Shown: positions 11,025 to 20,500 of the stretch, one piece after another
Numbering within the stretch: position 1 is the stretch's first letter
Layout of the letters: every line of letters begins with the position of its first letter
NCBI GenBank assembly: GCA_947448795.1
Contig: CANFOZ010000001.1
Coordinates: 52,662 to 116,661, forward strand
From: Bacteroidota bacterium
GTDB taxonomy: Bacteria; Bacteroidota; Bacteroidia; AKYH767-A; JAHEYN01
DNA: 64,000 bases
Reading direction: 5' to 3'
Position numbers and translations under genes: made by a program
Notes under the pieces: model-generated
Told to the model about the DNA's origin: nothing
Databases searched by the model: none
What the model saw: the letters and a program-made list of their open reading frames with translations, nothing else

Positions 11025-12014
11025 ATGGAGGCCTTTATGAACGAAAAGGCGATCGATCCAGGCAAAACGGCTGACGACTTTCATGCTCGTCCTGCACATT
11101 GCCCGAAGGCATTGGTCGGTATTTATATCGAACGGGTTTTAGATGCTGATATCAAGCAATCTTTTTGGGATTATGAATGTACGATTTGGTTTCGTTGGAA
11201 GCCAAGCGAAGTCGATTTTTTGGGCAGGAATAAATTTATGCTAGATGGCCAGATTCCATTCAAAATTATTGATGGATCGATAGCAAGTACCGAGGTTACG
11301 GAGCATTTTAAAATACCTCAAGACAGCTCAGAATATATACAATATTTTGTTCGTGCTAAGAGTTCGAAATTTTTTGATGTTTGCCTCTATCCTGTTGACA
11401 AGCACGATTTAATATTGCAGGTTGAACACAAGTGGCTTGAACGCAACCAGCTGCTTTTGGTGCCCGATACGACAGAATCGAAAATTAGCTCTAGGGTGTC
11501 AGTATGTGGCTATATCAAATCCCCTGAACCCATTATTATTGAGAAGCCCCATCGATATCGTTCATCTAAAGGAAACCCGAATTTTACAGATGGGCATCGC
11601 TTGGTTTTTTCACAAGCAAGGATGGCGATGCATATCAGCAGGGGAGGTGTCTCGAATGTCTTCAAGCTCTTTTTGGTGCTTTATATAGCGGTGGTTGTTG
11701 CCTTTGTGTCTTTTTTTGCATCCGACCCAAGCAGATACGCCGTTGGCGCCTTGTTCACCACGGCGGGTGCTAATTTTATATTAATGTCGAAGCTGCCAGC
11801 GCTACAAGTATATTCTTTTGCCGAGATCCTGTATGCCATGTGCCAAGTGGTTATTCTTTTAATGATCGTTTTTCTTGCCATATTACCGCGAATAACGACG
11901 GTAGATAATCGACCGGATTTCTTTGAAAAGAAGATGCATCTGGCAATCCATTCGAGCTTGCTTCTATTTACTATCGTCCTTAATATCCTACTTATTAAAG
12001 TCGCCTTGCAGTAA
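11025..12014 (+). CDS. Hypothetical membrane protein: ~230-aa soluble N-domain followed by four C-terminal TM helices (topology reminiscent of prokaryotic pentameric ligand-gated ion channels)
   Basis: Start chosen at the internal ATG (MEAFMNEKAID...) of the 10932..12014 ORF. The C-terminus has a TM1-TM2-TM3, short loop, TM4 layout. No signal peptide is evident. Confidence 0.45.
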   Translation: MEAFMNEKAIDPGKTADDFHARPAHCPKALVGIYIERVLDADIKQSFWDYECTIWFRWKPSEVDFLGRNKFMLDGQIPFKIIDGSIASTEVTEHFKIPQDSSEYIQYFVRAKSSKFFDVCLYPVDKHDLILQVEHKWLERNQLLLVPDTTESKISSRVSVCGYIKSPEPIIIEKPHRYRSSKGNPNFTDGHRLVFSQARMAMHISRGGVSNVFKLFLVLYIAVVVAFVSFFASDPSRYAVGALFTTAGANFILMSKLPALQVYSFAEILYAMCQVVILLMIVFLAILPRITTVDNRPDFFEKKMHLAIHSSLLLFTIVLNILLIKVALQ

Positions 12015-12085
12015 AAGAAAGCTAGAAAGAGAGATGCGTAAAAGTTACGGATCTAAATTGCCAATTATAACGCTCTTGCCATCAC

Positions 12086-12730
12086 TTAAAACGGGATGCC
12101 CACTTTCACTCCCCAAAGGAATCGTGCGTGGTTAGTCAATATTGTTTTTTTTGTGTTTTGCACATCCTTTAATTGAGCGAAATAGACTTTGGTATCGCCG
12201 CTGTATGTAGGCATCGAAACGCCTTGTCCTGCATAGAAGTCAGCAACTACGTATTTACCCGCAAACTGGTAGCCTGTTGTGGCAGAAATTTCGAGCGTGT
12301 TGAACTTCATACTCTTGGATCCATAATTGTAGCCACTTGTGCCTGTGCCTTCGTTGAGCGTCCATGTCTGCGACGCATAGGCCATTTCAGGAGCGACATA
12401 GAATCCACCTGGAAATTTAGGGATTTTGTAAATGTAAAAACGAGCCACTGGGTTAATGTAGTAGCCGCTTCGATTGTCATAGCCCTTATTATTAATTTTT
12501 ACCATCGGATTGGTGATGTAGTTCAAATTGACCATGAAGCTCTTATTCTTCTTTGCTCCATAGAAACGCTCATAAGACACAGGCAACCAACCGGCCACCG
12601 CATACAGCGGGTTAGACTTGATAACGTTGTAATTCAATTTAATCTCTTCCTGCGTGGTGGTAGGTTTGTCTTGTGCAATGCCCATGTAGGATGTGCAGAG
12701 CATAACCAAAAGCAACAGTGATTTTTTCAT
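12086..12730 (-). CDS. Putative outer-membrane beta-barrel protein
   Basis: Start at the internal Met gives the signal peptide MKKSLLLLVMLCTSYMGIAQ. The sequence has alternating amphipathic strands rich in Y/G/N and ends in the aromatic ...GIPF, typical of OMP barrels. Confidence 0.55.
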   Translation of the reverse strand: MKKSLLLLVMLCTSYMGIAQDKPTTTQEEIKLNYNVIKSNPLYAVAGWLPVSYERFYGAKKNKSFMVNLNYITNPMVKINNKGYDNRSGYYINPVARFYIYKIPKFPGGFYVAPEMAYASQTWTLNEGTGTSGYNYGSKSMKFNTLEISATTGYQFAGKYVVADFYAGQGVSMPTYSGDTKVYFAQLKDVQNTKKTILTNHARFLWGVKVGIPF

Positions 12731-12883
12731 GGTGTTTCTTATTATTGAAAATGAATAAACAGCGAAAGAAGGTGTAAATATATAATTATAAATCAAAAAA
12801 GCTCCGGTTCTAGTAATTAGTTAGGTAGTTCAATGGAATGCGTTTTTAATTGACCTAACGCTATAAGGTTTTATCTTTGCTCC

Positions 12884-14134
12884 ATGAAAACACGAATGCA
12901 GCTTTTTCTTCGTTTACTTTTTGTCGTTCTGTTGATGAAGGCTTTGTGCTTTTCTTTTAGTCCTGCTCGTGCTGCAGTGACTGCTGCAAGCATCAAAGAA
13001 AGTCGCGGCGACTCTATCCGCAAGCGCTTTGTGGAACCCATGAAAACGCGGTTTGAGATCCAAGCCAACTATGGTTCGCGCAACTCCTTGCTGGTGATTA
13101 CCTCTAGAGGGAATGCGCCCGCTTTTATATCCTATGCGAATCAAAATCCGACCCAGATTGGTGTTGTGGTTTCATTTCTTAATCTTAGTATTCCCGTTTC
13201 TTTTTCACCGTCCTTTCTTTCGAATGGATTGGGCTTGCGTAACATTTCTTTTTCGCCTTCAACCTACGGTAAATGGCTTTGGTGGAACGCCGATTTTAAT
13301 TATAGCAAGGGGTATGGGATAAGTGGTTTTAAAGATCTTTCCAAAGCTTACCTATTGCGCTCGACGGATCTTCAAGCACTGCGCAACGATATTCGCTCGT
13401 ATGCACTTTCATCTTCGCTTACTTTTGTGCCCAATGGCAACCGCTTCTCATCAGCTGCTGTGTTCTCTTTCACGTCTCGTCAGTTGCATTCATCGGGGTC
13501 CTTGCTTATGGGGCTTAATTATCATTTCTCTTCTGTGTTGGCCGATTCGTCTTTACTGCCTAACAATCTTGCAGGTGCCTTTGCTGCTGAGCAGGCTTTT
13601 GTAAATAGTCGTTCAGCATCGGTTGGTATAGCCCTTGGCTATACTTATACCTATGTTGTTGCTAAGAATATCTTTGCGAACATTACCTTGTTGCCATCCT
13701 TGGCAACAGGCATTGGGCGTACTATTGATGTCGCAGAAAAAAAGGAGAAGCACTATCAATTCTTATCGCCTTCAAACACGTTTGGCTATGTTGCACTTGG
13801 ACACAATGGTCAGCGCAGCTATTGGGGTGTGTCATTGAATATGCATACCTATCGCGAAAATCCTGCGGGCGCAAACCTATTCATGAACTTTGTTACACCA
13901 ACGGTGTTCGCTGGTTTCAGAGTAGTCAAGTGGAGCCGCAGCGTTCCGCCTCCAAAGTTAAAAAGAAGTCGGTCTTCTGCCTTTGTACGCGGTCAAAAAG
14001 TGAGTTGGTGGGCAGGTGGAAGCAAGCACAACGGTGTGGTGATTGAGGTCTATAAAAAAGGGTTTTATAAAGTCAAAGAAAACGACACGAAAGAAGAGAT
14101 CGTTTGGGAAGAAAAGGACTTGCTTGCGCAGTAA
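12884..14134 (+). CDS. Secreted/outer-membrane hypothetical protein with C-terminal HVA1/DUF2945-like (Tudor/SH3-like) module
   Basis: 416 aa. An N-terminal signal peptide is present (LFLRLLFVVLLMKALCFSFSPARA). The body is beta-rich and S/N/Y-rich. The last ~60 aa (GQKVSWWAGGSKHNGVVIEVYKKGFYKVKENDTKEEIVWEEKDL) match the small DUF2945/HVA1 fold pattern. Confidence 0.5.
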   Translation: MKTRMQLFLRLLFVVLLMKALCFSFSPARAAVTAASIKESRGDSIRKRFVEPMKTRFEIQANYGSRNSLLVITSRGNAPAFISYANQNPTQIGVVVSFLNLSIPVSFSPSFLSNGLGLRNISFSPSTYGKWLWWNADFNYSKGYGISGFKDLSKAYLLRSTDLQALRNDIRSYALSSSLTFVPNGNRFSSAAVFSFTSRQLHSSGSLLMGLNYHFSSVLADSSLLPNNLAGAFAAEQAFVNSRSASVGIALGYTYTYVVAKNIFANITLLPSLATGIGRTIDVAEKKEKHYQFLSPSNTFGYVALGHNGQRSYWGVSLNMHTYRENPAGANLFMNFVTPTVFAGFRVVKWSRSVPPPKLKRSRSSAFVRGQKVSWWAGGSKHNGVVIEVYKKGFYKVKENDTKEEIVWEEKDLLAQ

Positions 14135-14143
14135 GATGATTAC

Positions 14144-15226
14144 CTAAGATGTTTTTCGGATGCGCTCGCTGTAAACGAGTTTCGAAATTTCACCCAAGGT
14201 GGCGCTGAGTTGCTCGAGCTTACTACCCTTGGTCATTGCACACAAAAGGTATGGTTTGTTATCCACATAAAAGATAGCGCATTCGTGCAACTGCCTAAAT
14301 CCATTAGGATTTTTTTCAGGCGAGGTGCCATGTTCACCGAATTTGTCAACCATAACTACGTTGCTTGGAACACCCTGTTTAAATCCCTTTTCGAATTTTG
14401 ATTGTGCCAACATTTCCATGGCAAGCTCAGCATGCTCCTCAGAGATCATGGCGCTGTTGTAGAGCATGCGAAACAACCTTGCGTATTGCGCAGCAGAAAC
14501 ACCAAAATCAGGATTGTTGACCTCCGTAAAAGGGATCTCTAAATCAGCAAGTATTTGTTTGAAAATCGATACGTTCACAACTTGATGTAAAGTGGCTGTT
14601 GCGAGGTTGTCGGAGTCGATAATCATGGCTGCGATAAGCTCTTGCACGGTGTACGTTTGGCCCGATTGAATCTTGAATTGCTCTTGAAAGGTTTGGCTTC
14701 TCACCGATTGGCGCGACCCAGCAATCTGAATTTTTTTAGATAAAAAAGAGGCGTCTCGGTCAGCTTGAATCATCAAGGTAATCAAGGTGTTTACCTTCAT
14801 TAAACTTGCTGGGTAAAAGCGCAATTGGTCGTTTATTGCAAACTCCTCGCTCGAACTCAAGTCTCTGATATACACCGACGCATCTTCGATTTGCTGACTC
14901 TTCTTTTTGTCTTCGATTAATGTATTGACGGCTTGCTGCAATTGTATCATGCGCTGATCGCTCAAAGCCTGTGAACCTAATAGCAAAAGGGGTTTTATTA
15001 ACTGAAAACGCTTGGAGCGAATGGGGGAGGAAAGAGTTGCGGGAGCCGCTTCGGGAGTGCTTTGCAAAATTGGCGTGCGATCCAACTTCTTATGATAGCA
15101 GGATAGTATGCTGATAGAAACCCAAGAGGAACTTGCTGCAACGAGCAAGAGTAGAAGAACAAATAACCACGTTTTTTTCTTTTGCATACAAAGTTTGTAT
15201 ATACAAATGTATGGCGCTTTTTTCAC
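14144..15226 (-). CDS. Class A beta-lactamase-related serine hydrolase (variant third box)
   Basis: 360 aa with an N-terminal TM/signal anchor. An S-x-x-K motif (ASLMK) is followed ~57 aa later by an SDN motif (IDSDNLA). The KTG box is replaced by DKFGEHG. The start may be the internal MQKKKTWLF... Confidence 0.6.
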   Translation of the reverse strand: MKKAPYICIYKLCMQKKKTWLFVLLLLLVAASSSWVSISILSCYHKKLDRTPILQSTPEAAPATLSSPIRSKRFQLIKPLLLLGSQALSDQRMIQLQQAVNTLIEDKKKSQQIEDASVYIRDLSSSEEFAINDQLRFYPASLMKVNTLITLMIQADRDASFLSKKIQIAGSRQSVRSQTFQEQFKIQSGQTYTVQELIAAMIIDSDNLATATLHQVVNVSIFKQILADLEIPFTEVNNPDFGVSAAQYARLFRMLYNSAMISEEHAELAMEMLAQSKFEKGFKQGVPSNVVMVDKFGEHGTSPEKNPNGFRQLHECAIFYVDNKPYLLCAMTKGSKLEQLSATLGEISKLVYSERIRKTS

Positions 15227-15353
15227 ATGAGTGTCATTTCAAAATCATTATGTTGTTAATCAAGTGTTTAATTAAATTGTGGAATCGTGGCGTCTAATCT
15301 ATTCAATGAAATTGATTGGTTCATCCTATGTTTTATGGGATGAAAAAGCAATC

Positions 15354-15390
15354 CACAAAAAAACCCCGCAATTGCTTGCGAGGTTTTTTT
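15354..15390. terminator. Bidirectional rho-independent-type terminator
   Basis: An A7 run, then CCCCGCAA-TTGC-TTGCGAGG (one mismatch in the stem), then a T7 run. It lies just downstream of the minus-strand M43 peptidase gene stop. Confidence 0.6.
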
Positions 15391-15406
15391 ACATCTTGAA
15401 AAAATA

Positions 15407-16399
15407 TTAAAGTTGTGCGAAAGTGTTACGTGGTCCGCCTGTTATGAAAACAGCTGCGGCGCGTGCTTTCTGTCCCGCGGTGAACATGTACATGCACGCA
15501 TCGTCAGTATAGTCCATGTAGTTCATGGTCATCTCCACCGGAGTGCCAGTGCAGGTGCTAAGGTGCGGGTAGGTAGGGCAGCCGTAATTTGCAGTGTTGT
15601 GATTCGGCGTGTCGTTCACGAGATCACTTCCGCAAGTAGCATCACCCCAGATGTGGCGAAGGTTGAGCCAGTGGCCAACTTCGTGTGTTGCAGTTCGGCC
15701 AAGGTTGTATGGAGCAGACACCGTGCCTGTTGTGCCAAATGCGTTATCGTCAATTACCACCCCATCGGTTGTTGATGAGCCACCAGGAAACTGCGCATAA
15801 CCAAGGATGCCACCCGAGAGGTTACATACCCACAAGTTAAGTTTGGTTGTTGGTGTTGTTGGATCGATACCGCCTTGGGACGTTTTCTTCATCGCGTCGT
15901 TGGTGGTCCAAGAGGTTTTGGTAGTGCTCTTGCGAACAACGGAGCTCAGCACGAAGGTTATACCCATGCTGCCAGAGCGAAGGCTTTGAAATAGCGCTGG
16001 TGTATTGTTGTAATCGGTATTCAGCGCTTTGAAGTCGAGGTTCAGGCGATCAATCTGAGATTGAATCTGTGTTTGCGAAATGTTTTGTGCAGTGGTTTTG
16101 TATAGCACGTTCACGACCACTGGAATTTCTATCGTGCCGTCGGCAAGAAGACGTTGATTCCCTTTGTTGTCGATGAAGTCTTGGGTGAAGCGTTCGATCT
16201 CTTCCATGCGTCGCGCGAGTGATGGGTTATGCGAGATTTGCTCTTGCAGCACCTCGTAAGATGCGCAACGACGCTCTCCGAGGGAAGGTGTTTCTGTTTC
16301 TTGATTACCAATCACCGGTAAGGTGGTCAATGGTTTTTCTTTTTGGCAGGCACTTGCGAAAAGCAAGACGGCCGCGCCGAGTAGGGTGAGTTTTTTCAT
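15407..16399 (-). CDS. M43 (pappalysin/cytophagalysin-type) zinc metallopeptidase lipoprotein
   Basis: 330 aa. Lipoprotein signal MKKLTLLGAAVLLFASAC, and a zincin motif HEVGHWLNLRHIWGD of the extended HExxHxxGxxH type. A downstream Met-turn is present. Confidence 0.75.
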   Translation of the reverse strand: MKKLTLLGAAVLLFASACQKEKPLTTLPVIGNQETETPSLGERRCASYEVLQEQISHNPSLARRMEEIERFTQDFIDNKGNQRLLADGTIEIPVVVNVLYKTTAQNISQTQIQSQIDRLNLDFKALNTDYNNTPALFQSLRSGSMGITFVLSSVVRKSTTKTSWTTNDAMKKTSQGGIDPTTPTTKLNLWVCNLSGGILGYAQFPGGSSTTDGVVIDDNAFGTTGTVSAPYNLGRTATHEVGHWLNLRHIWGDATCGSDLVNDTPNHNTANYGCPTYPHLSTCTGTPVEMTMNYMDYTDDACMYMFTAGQKARAAAVFITGGPRNTFAQL

Positions 16400-16513
16400 C
16401 GCTTGTATTTTTGGTTTGACTCAAATATACATTAGAAGATGCAATTGAAAAAAAAGAATGAGTGATCCGGCGGTATTCGATAAAAAACTGGCGAAAAATA
16501 AAGAAATCCGGTC

Positions 16514-17548
16514 TTAACCACCTAACGTGGCCAGGAAGTTTTTGAACTGTTCAACCAATGTTGGATAGGTGCTTAAGCTGGTTAGATCGCACTTCTCGGT
16601 GACCTCCGTTCCAATGAACATCAACTTCTCATTGTTGAACTTGGTGTACATGAAAATATCTTTCTTGATGTTGAACTTCTCCTTTGTGTCAATCACCTCG
16701 GGGCGGGTGTCGATCACAAGCGGCGAGAGGTTCAGAAACTCTGTCGGCACCTTGGTGTCTTTCATGAGCAGCACCGAATGGCTGTCGGAAAACTGATCGT
16801 GAAGCAGTTCCGTGGCCTTGAAATCGGAATCGGAGCTGTTCAGCAGGTCCATCACGTGACTGAACTTGGCGCCTTGGTGCTTCATTTTCTGCACCTTGAT
16901 CTCGCGGATGGTGACGAGTTTGTATTTGATGATGAAGGCGATGGAGGCCAAGACCTGCGCGAGTTTGTCTTCGTATTCCACACAACGCTTCTGAATCTCC
17001 TCTTCGGTGAGGTTGATCTGGTAGTGTCCGATCTCGTTGCGTTCCGGCACCCAGAAGTCGAGGGTTTCGTAGAATTTCTTGTTCAACGCCTCTTTCATTT
17101 CGGGCATGAAAGGCTCGATGCTGAGCTTTTCGAAGAGGTTGCCTGAGGCGCGGATGAGCCAGGTGAAGTTGCCCAAGGAGAGCACCGTGATGCGCTGCTT
17201 GAACTGTCCGCTGAATTCCGATGGAATCTCGAAGTTCTTGTGGATGCGTTCCTCCCATAATTGAGCGAGCATAACGAAGCTGAGATATTGCATCGTTCGT
17301 TCAATGGTCTTGAAAAGCTGATCCAAACGGCCGCGATCGAGCTGTCGCATCGATCCGGAGAAGAGGCGGCGCATTTCTACTCCAATCGGCCAAGGCAGAT
17401 GTTTAATGATTAAATCGGCAAGTACACGCGTGTCAGGGCCATCGTCCGGATCGTCCTCGTCGCTTAGCAGGTATTTGGCCAAAGAAGGCTTGTGTTGAAC
17501 CATGGATTCGAACACTTTTTTAATCAATTCTTCGTTGACGTTGGCCAT
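16514..17548 (-). CDS. Hypothetical protein, likely co-transcribed partner of the upstream STAND NTPase-WD40 gene
   Basis: 344-aa ORF that starts 12 nt after the stop of the 1282-aa gene on the same strand. It is soluble, with an acidic patch SDEDDPDDGPD and no recognisable catalytic motif. Confidence 0.5.
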   Translation of the reverse strand: MANVNEELIKKVFESMVQHKPSLAKYLLSDEDDPDDGPDTRVLADLIIKHLPWPIGVEMRRLFSGSMRQLDRGRLDQLFKTIERTMQYLSFVMLAQLWEERIHKNFEIPSEFSGQFKQRITVLSLGNFTWLIRASGNLFEKLSIEPFMPEMKEALNKKFYETLDFWVPERNEIGHYQINLTEEEIQKRCVEYEDKLAQVLASIAFIIKYKLVTIREIKVQKMKHQGAKFSHVMDLLNSSDSDFKATELLHDQFSDSHSVLLMKDTKVPTEFLNLSPLVIDTRPEVIDTKEKFNIKKDIFMYTKFNNEKLMFIGTEVTEKCDLTSLSTYPTLVEQFKNFLATLGG

Positions 17549-17560
17549 CTTTAGGAGTGC

Positions 17561-20500
17561 TTATTTTAATCCGTATTCTTCAATCTCACGAGGGGTGAAG
17601 GACCTTGGTTCGCCGAATACTTTTTTTGTTCGAACTAGCTTTACGATTTCATCTGGTTGAACAGGCAATTGATGAATGGTTTTGCCATCGCTCAAGTAGA
17701 GTGTTTTTCCATCTTTTGAAAAATCGCCCTTGTAGCCATTTACCGAAAGCAATTCGTGTCCACCAATGGTGCGAAGACGAACGAAGTCCTCTTCTGTAGT
17801 GCAAACTAACTTGCCATCAGAGGAAATGGTAATTTTTTTAGGGCTTTTGATTTCCGGCGCATTCGTGTTACTCCAGTTAGCATCCGTCTTAAGCCATGGA
17901 CCGTAAGGAATGTTTGTCCACAGATTGTAAGAAGATTTGAAATAGGAGATGCCTCCGGAACTTGTGGTACTTTTTTCATAAGGCTCAAATACGACCGTTG
18001 ACTCGTTGTCACTGAAGTATGCATCTGCAATTGCGAAGGGAATCTCGTAGGCATCATTCAAGGTATTGATCAATTCGCCTTTTAGATTCCATATGCCCAT
18101 AAGGCTATCGTCGGAGGCGGTGATAATGAATTTGCCATCCTTGGAGAAACGCGCTCTGTTAATCTTTTTGTGATGACCGCTCAGCAATGCATATGATTTA
18201 GTTTGCAAGGTGCTGCTATCATATCTCCACACCTGTGCAATGGAGTCTTGGGTTGTCACGAAGAAGGTGCTTGCCGGGGAGAATGCAATACCAGTTGGTT
18301 GTCCCTTGACACCTTCTAAAGTCAGGCGTTTAGGATGCAGTCCCTTTGCATTCAAAGCGTAAAGGGCGATGTGAGCGGAATCTTCGGGGTAACCCAATAA
18401 AAGATCATCGAATGACACGAAACTTGATCCACCTGTTTTATCGGACTGCAGGGTATGTGCTTTTTTAGTGATGGCTTTTCCGGTATGAACATCGAAGACA
18501 TGGATGTCAGCCTCTTGATTCGGCTCTAGCTCCTGTATGATGATCATTTTTCCGGTGCCTGAAAAATCAGCAATTTGCTCTGCATCTTTGTTTATTGATG
18601 TATAGCTGAAGAGCTCCTTGAAGTTGACATCTAGCACCTTTACCGTTCCGTTTTTCATGCAAATCGCATGCTGACCATCTGGCCCTAATTTATGTTCCAA
18701 TGCGTTTTGGATTGCACTTTGGTAGCTCGGTTTCCAAATACTGACGGTGTTCCCGTTCATGCTGCCCGTCACTACAAATTGATTATTTGCGGTGAAGGAC
18801 ACTTTCTCATCAGCGAAAGTTTCCGTCATTCTGCGGAACGTGGTATGCTTTCCTAGCGGTGTATAAAGCTCGACCGTGCGTTCGTTATCATCTACCGTCA
18901 GTGCGTACTTGGAGTCATTCGATAGCCTGACTAAATCGCCCTTGATGCGATGGCTTAGTTGACCATCCGCTCGGTTGTATATATCCGTGTATTCTCTACC
19001 ACTCATAACATAGATGCTTTCTCCATCGGGAGAGAAGGACATATTCGCTCCTTCGAAGTTGCCTTTGATCGTTAGCTGCAGCTTGCCGCCAATGGTAAAC
19101 AAACCAATGCAAGAGTCGTTTTTCGCCAGTAATTCTTGCTCATCCGGCGAGAGGCTTATTGCATCCGAGAAGCCTTTGATAATCTGTAACTTTTTCCCTT
19201 GTCGATTATACATAGAAACTTGTCGAAAATTAGTCTCGGTTTTTAGTTCGGTTTCCGACTCGCTGTAGGTTGTAAAAGCCATGCCGGTAAACAGCATGTT
19301 GCCATCCCTGCTGAATTCGATGCGATTCGACAGTTGATGCAGTTCGAAGCTATTAACCAAGCGACCACCGGCATCGTATTCGAGTATGCTTGCGTTGCCA
19401 AAACTGTACAGCCCCATCGCAAGCAGTATGTGATTGTCCGCAGTTAATTTTGCTCTGGCTCCAGCATGCTCTTTGTTTTCTAAAGCCAAAACTGTTTTCA
19501 GCTCTTTGTTAAGTATGAAAACCGAATCCAGCTGCACTAGCATGTACATTTCTTTTAGCGCCTGAATCTGGAATTCGCTCGCCACCTTACGACTGTTGAT
19601 TTTGTTGCCATTGAAATTCCAAACACTGATTTCCATGTTTGAGTTATTGGCACTTGCAGGCCCAAGCACGTCGATAAGCACAAAGGTGTTAGGCGTGGCA
19701 AGCAGGGGAGGTTTCGATCCTGCAGCAGGAAAAGTATAGAGATGATTCTCGTGATTTAGCTTAATGGTTTTTGTCAGGGATACTCCTGTTTCTTTGAAGC
19801 TATAAAAACGCAAGGTGCTGTCGTCGCTGGAAGTAACCATGTGCTTACCTGATTCATCAATCAAGTAATCCTTTCCCGGCACGTTGAGATAAAACGGTCC
19901 ATTCCGATACGCGTTGATCAAGGCCTTCTGAATCAACTCTCCCTTGGGATTCAATTCATAGGCTTTTTCAGCAAGAAGGTATGCGAGTGTCGGATCCTCA
20001 TCAACCTTAATCAGCGACATGGCCGCTAATTCATTCGCGCGTGTCAGCTGATTCTGTTGATAGAAATAAAAAGCAACGGCACCTACCAACAGCATCAAAC
20101 TCAATAAGGAAACAAGCGAAACACGGCGCTTCAGACGACGGTTCGTTTGGATGATTGTCCTGCTTTTTTGCACAAAGCCCTGTAAGGATTCATCCAAAAA
20201 AAGTTGCTTCTCGTAGGTGGCGAGGTAATTCAGATCGTCCTGATTAAGCAAGATGCCGCGCACCTGAAATTCTTGATGGCGATTGGTGATCAGCTGACGA
20301 ACCTGCAGCAGTTCTTTCTCTGTCAGCGTTATTTTCTCATAAATCTTAGCTGCGAGCGAATCGTGGCGTAACTCGTATTTATCCTTTTCGTCTTTGTCGC
20401 GCAGAATCCGCAGATTGACAAATAGATTGACAAAGTGCTCGATCTCCTTGTCTGTAAGGTCTTGGCCCAAAGTACGTGTGAAATCGCCCGCTTCCTGCAA

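Noticed and set aside
12173-12721. 182-aa plus-strand ORF
   Set aside because: It is antisense to the OM beta-barrel gene, which has a clear signal peptide and a C-terminal aromatic residue. It is Cys/His/Arg-rich, as an antisense artefact would be.
15227-15406. Checked the 180-nt intergenic and other gaps for tRNA/ncRNA
   Set aside because: There is no tRNA-like T-arm (GGTTCGAATCC-type) or cloverleaf-compatible segment. The only clear structure is the bidirectional terminator hairpin, reported as a feature.
16689-17258. 189-aa ORF (R/H/Q/G-rich) overlapping the 344-aa gene in another frame; also 16778-17146 on the + strand
   Set aside because: Low-complexity, Arg-rich translation is typical of an off-frame read through a coding region. 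The 344-aa frame has normal composition and operon-like spacing to the upstream gene.
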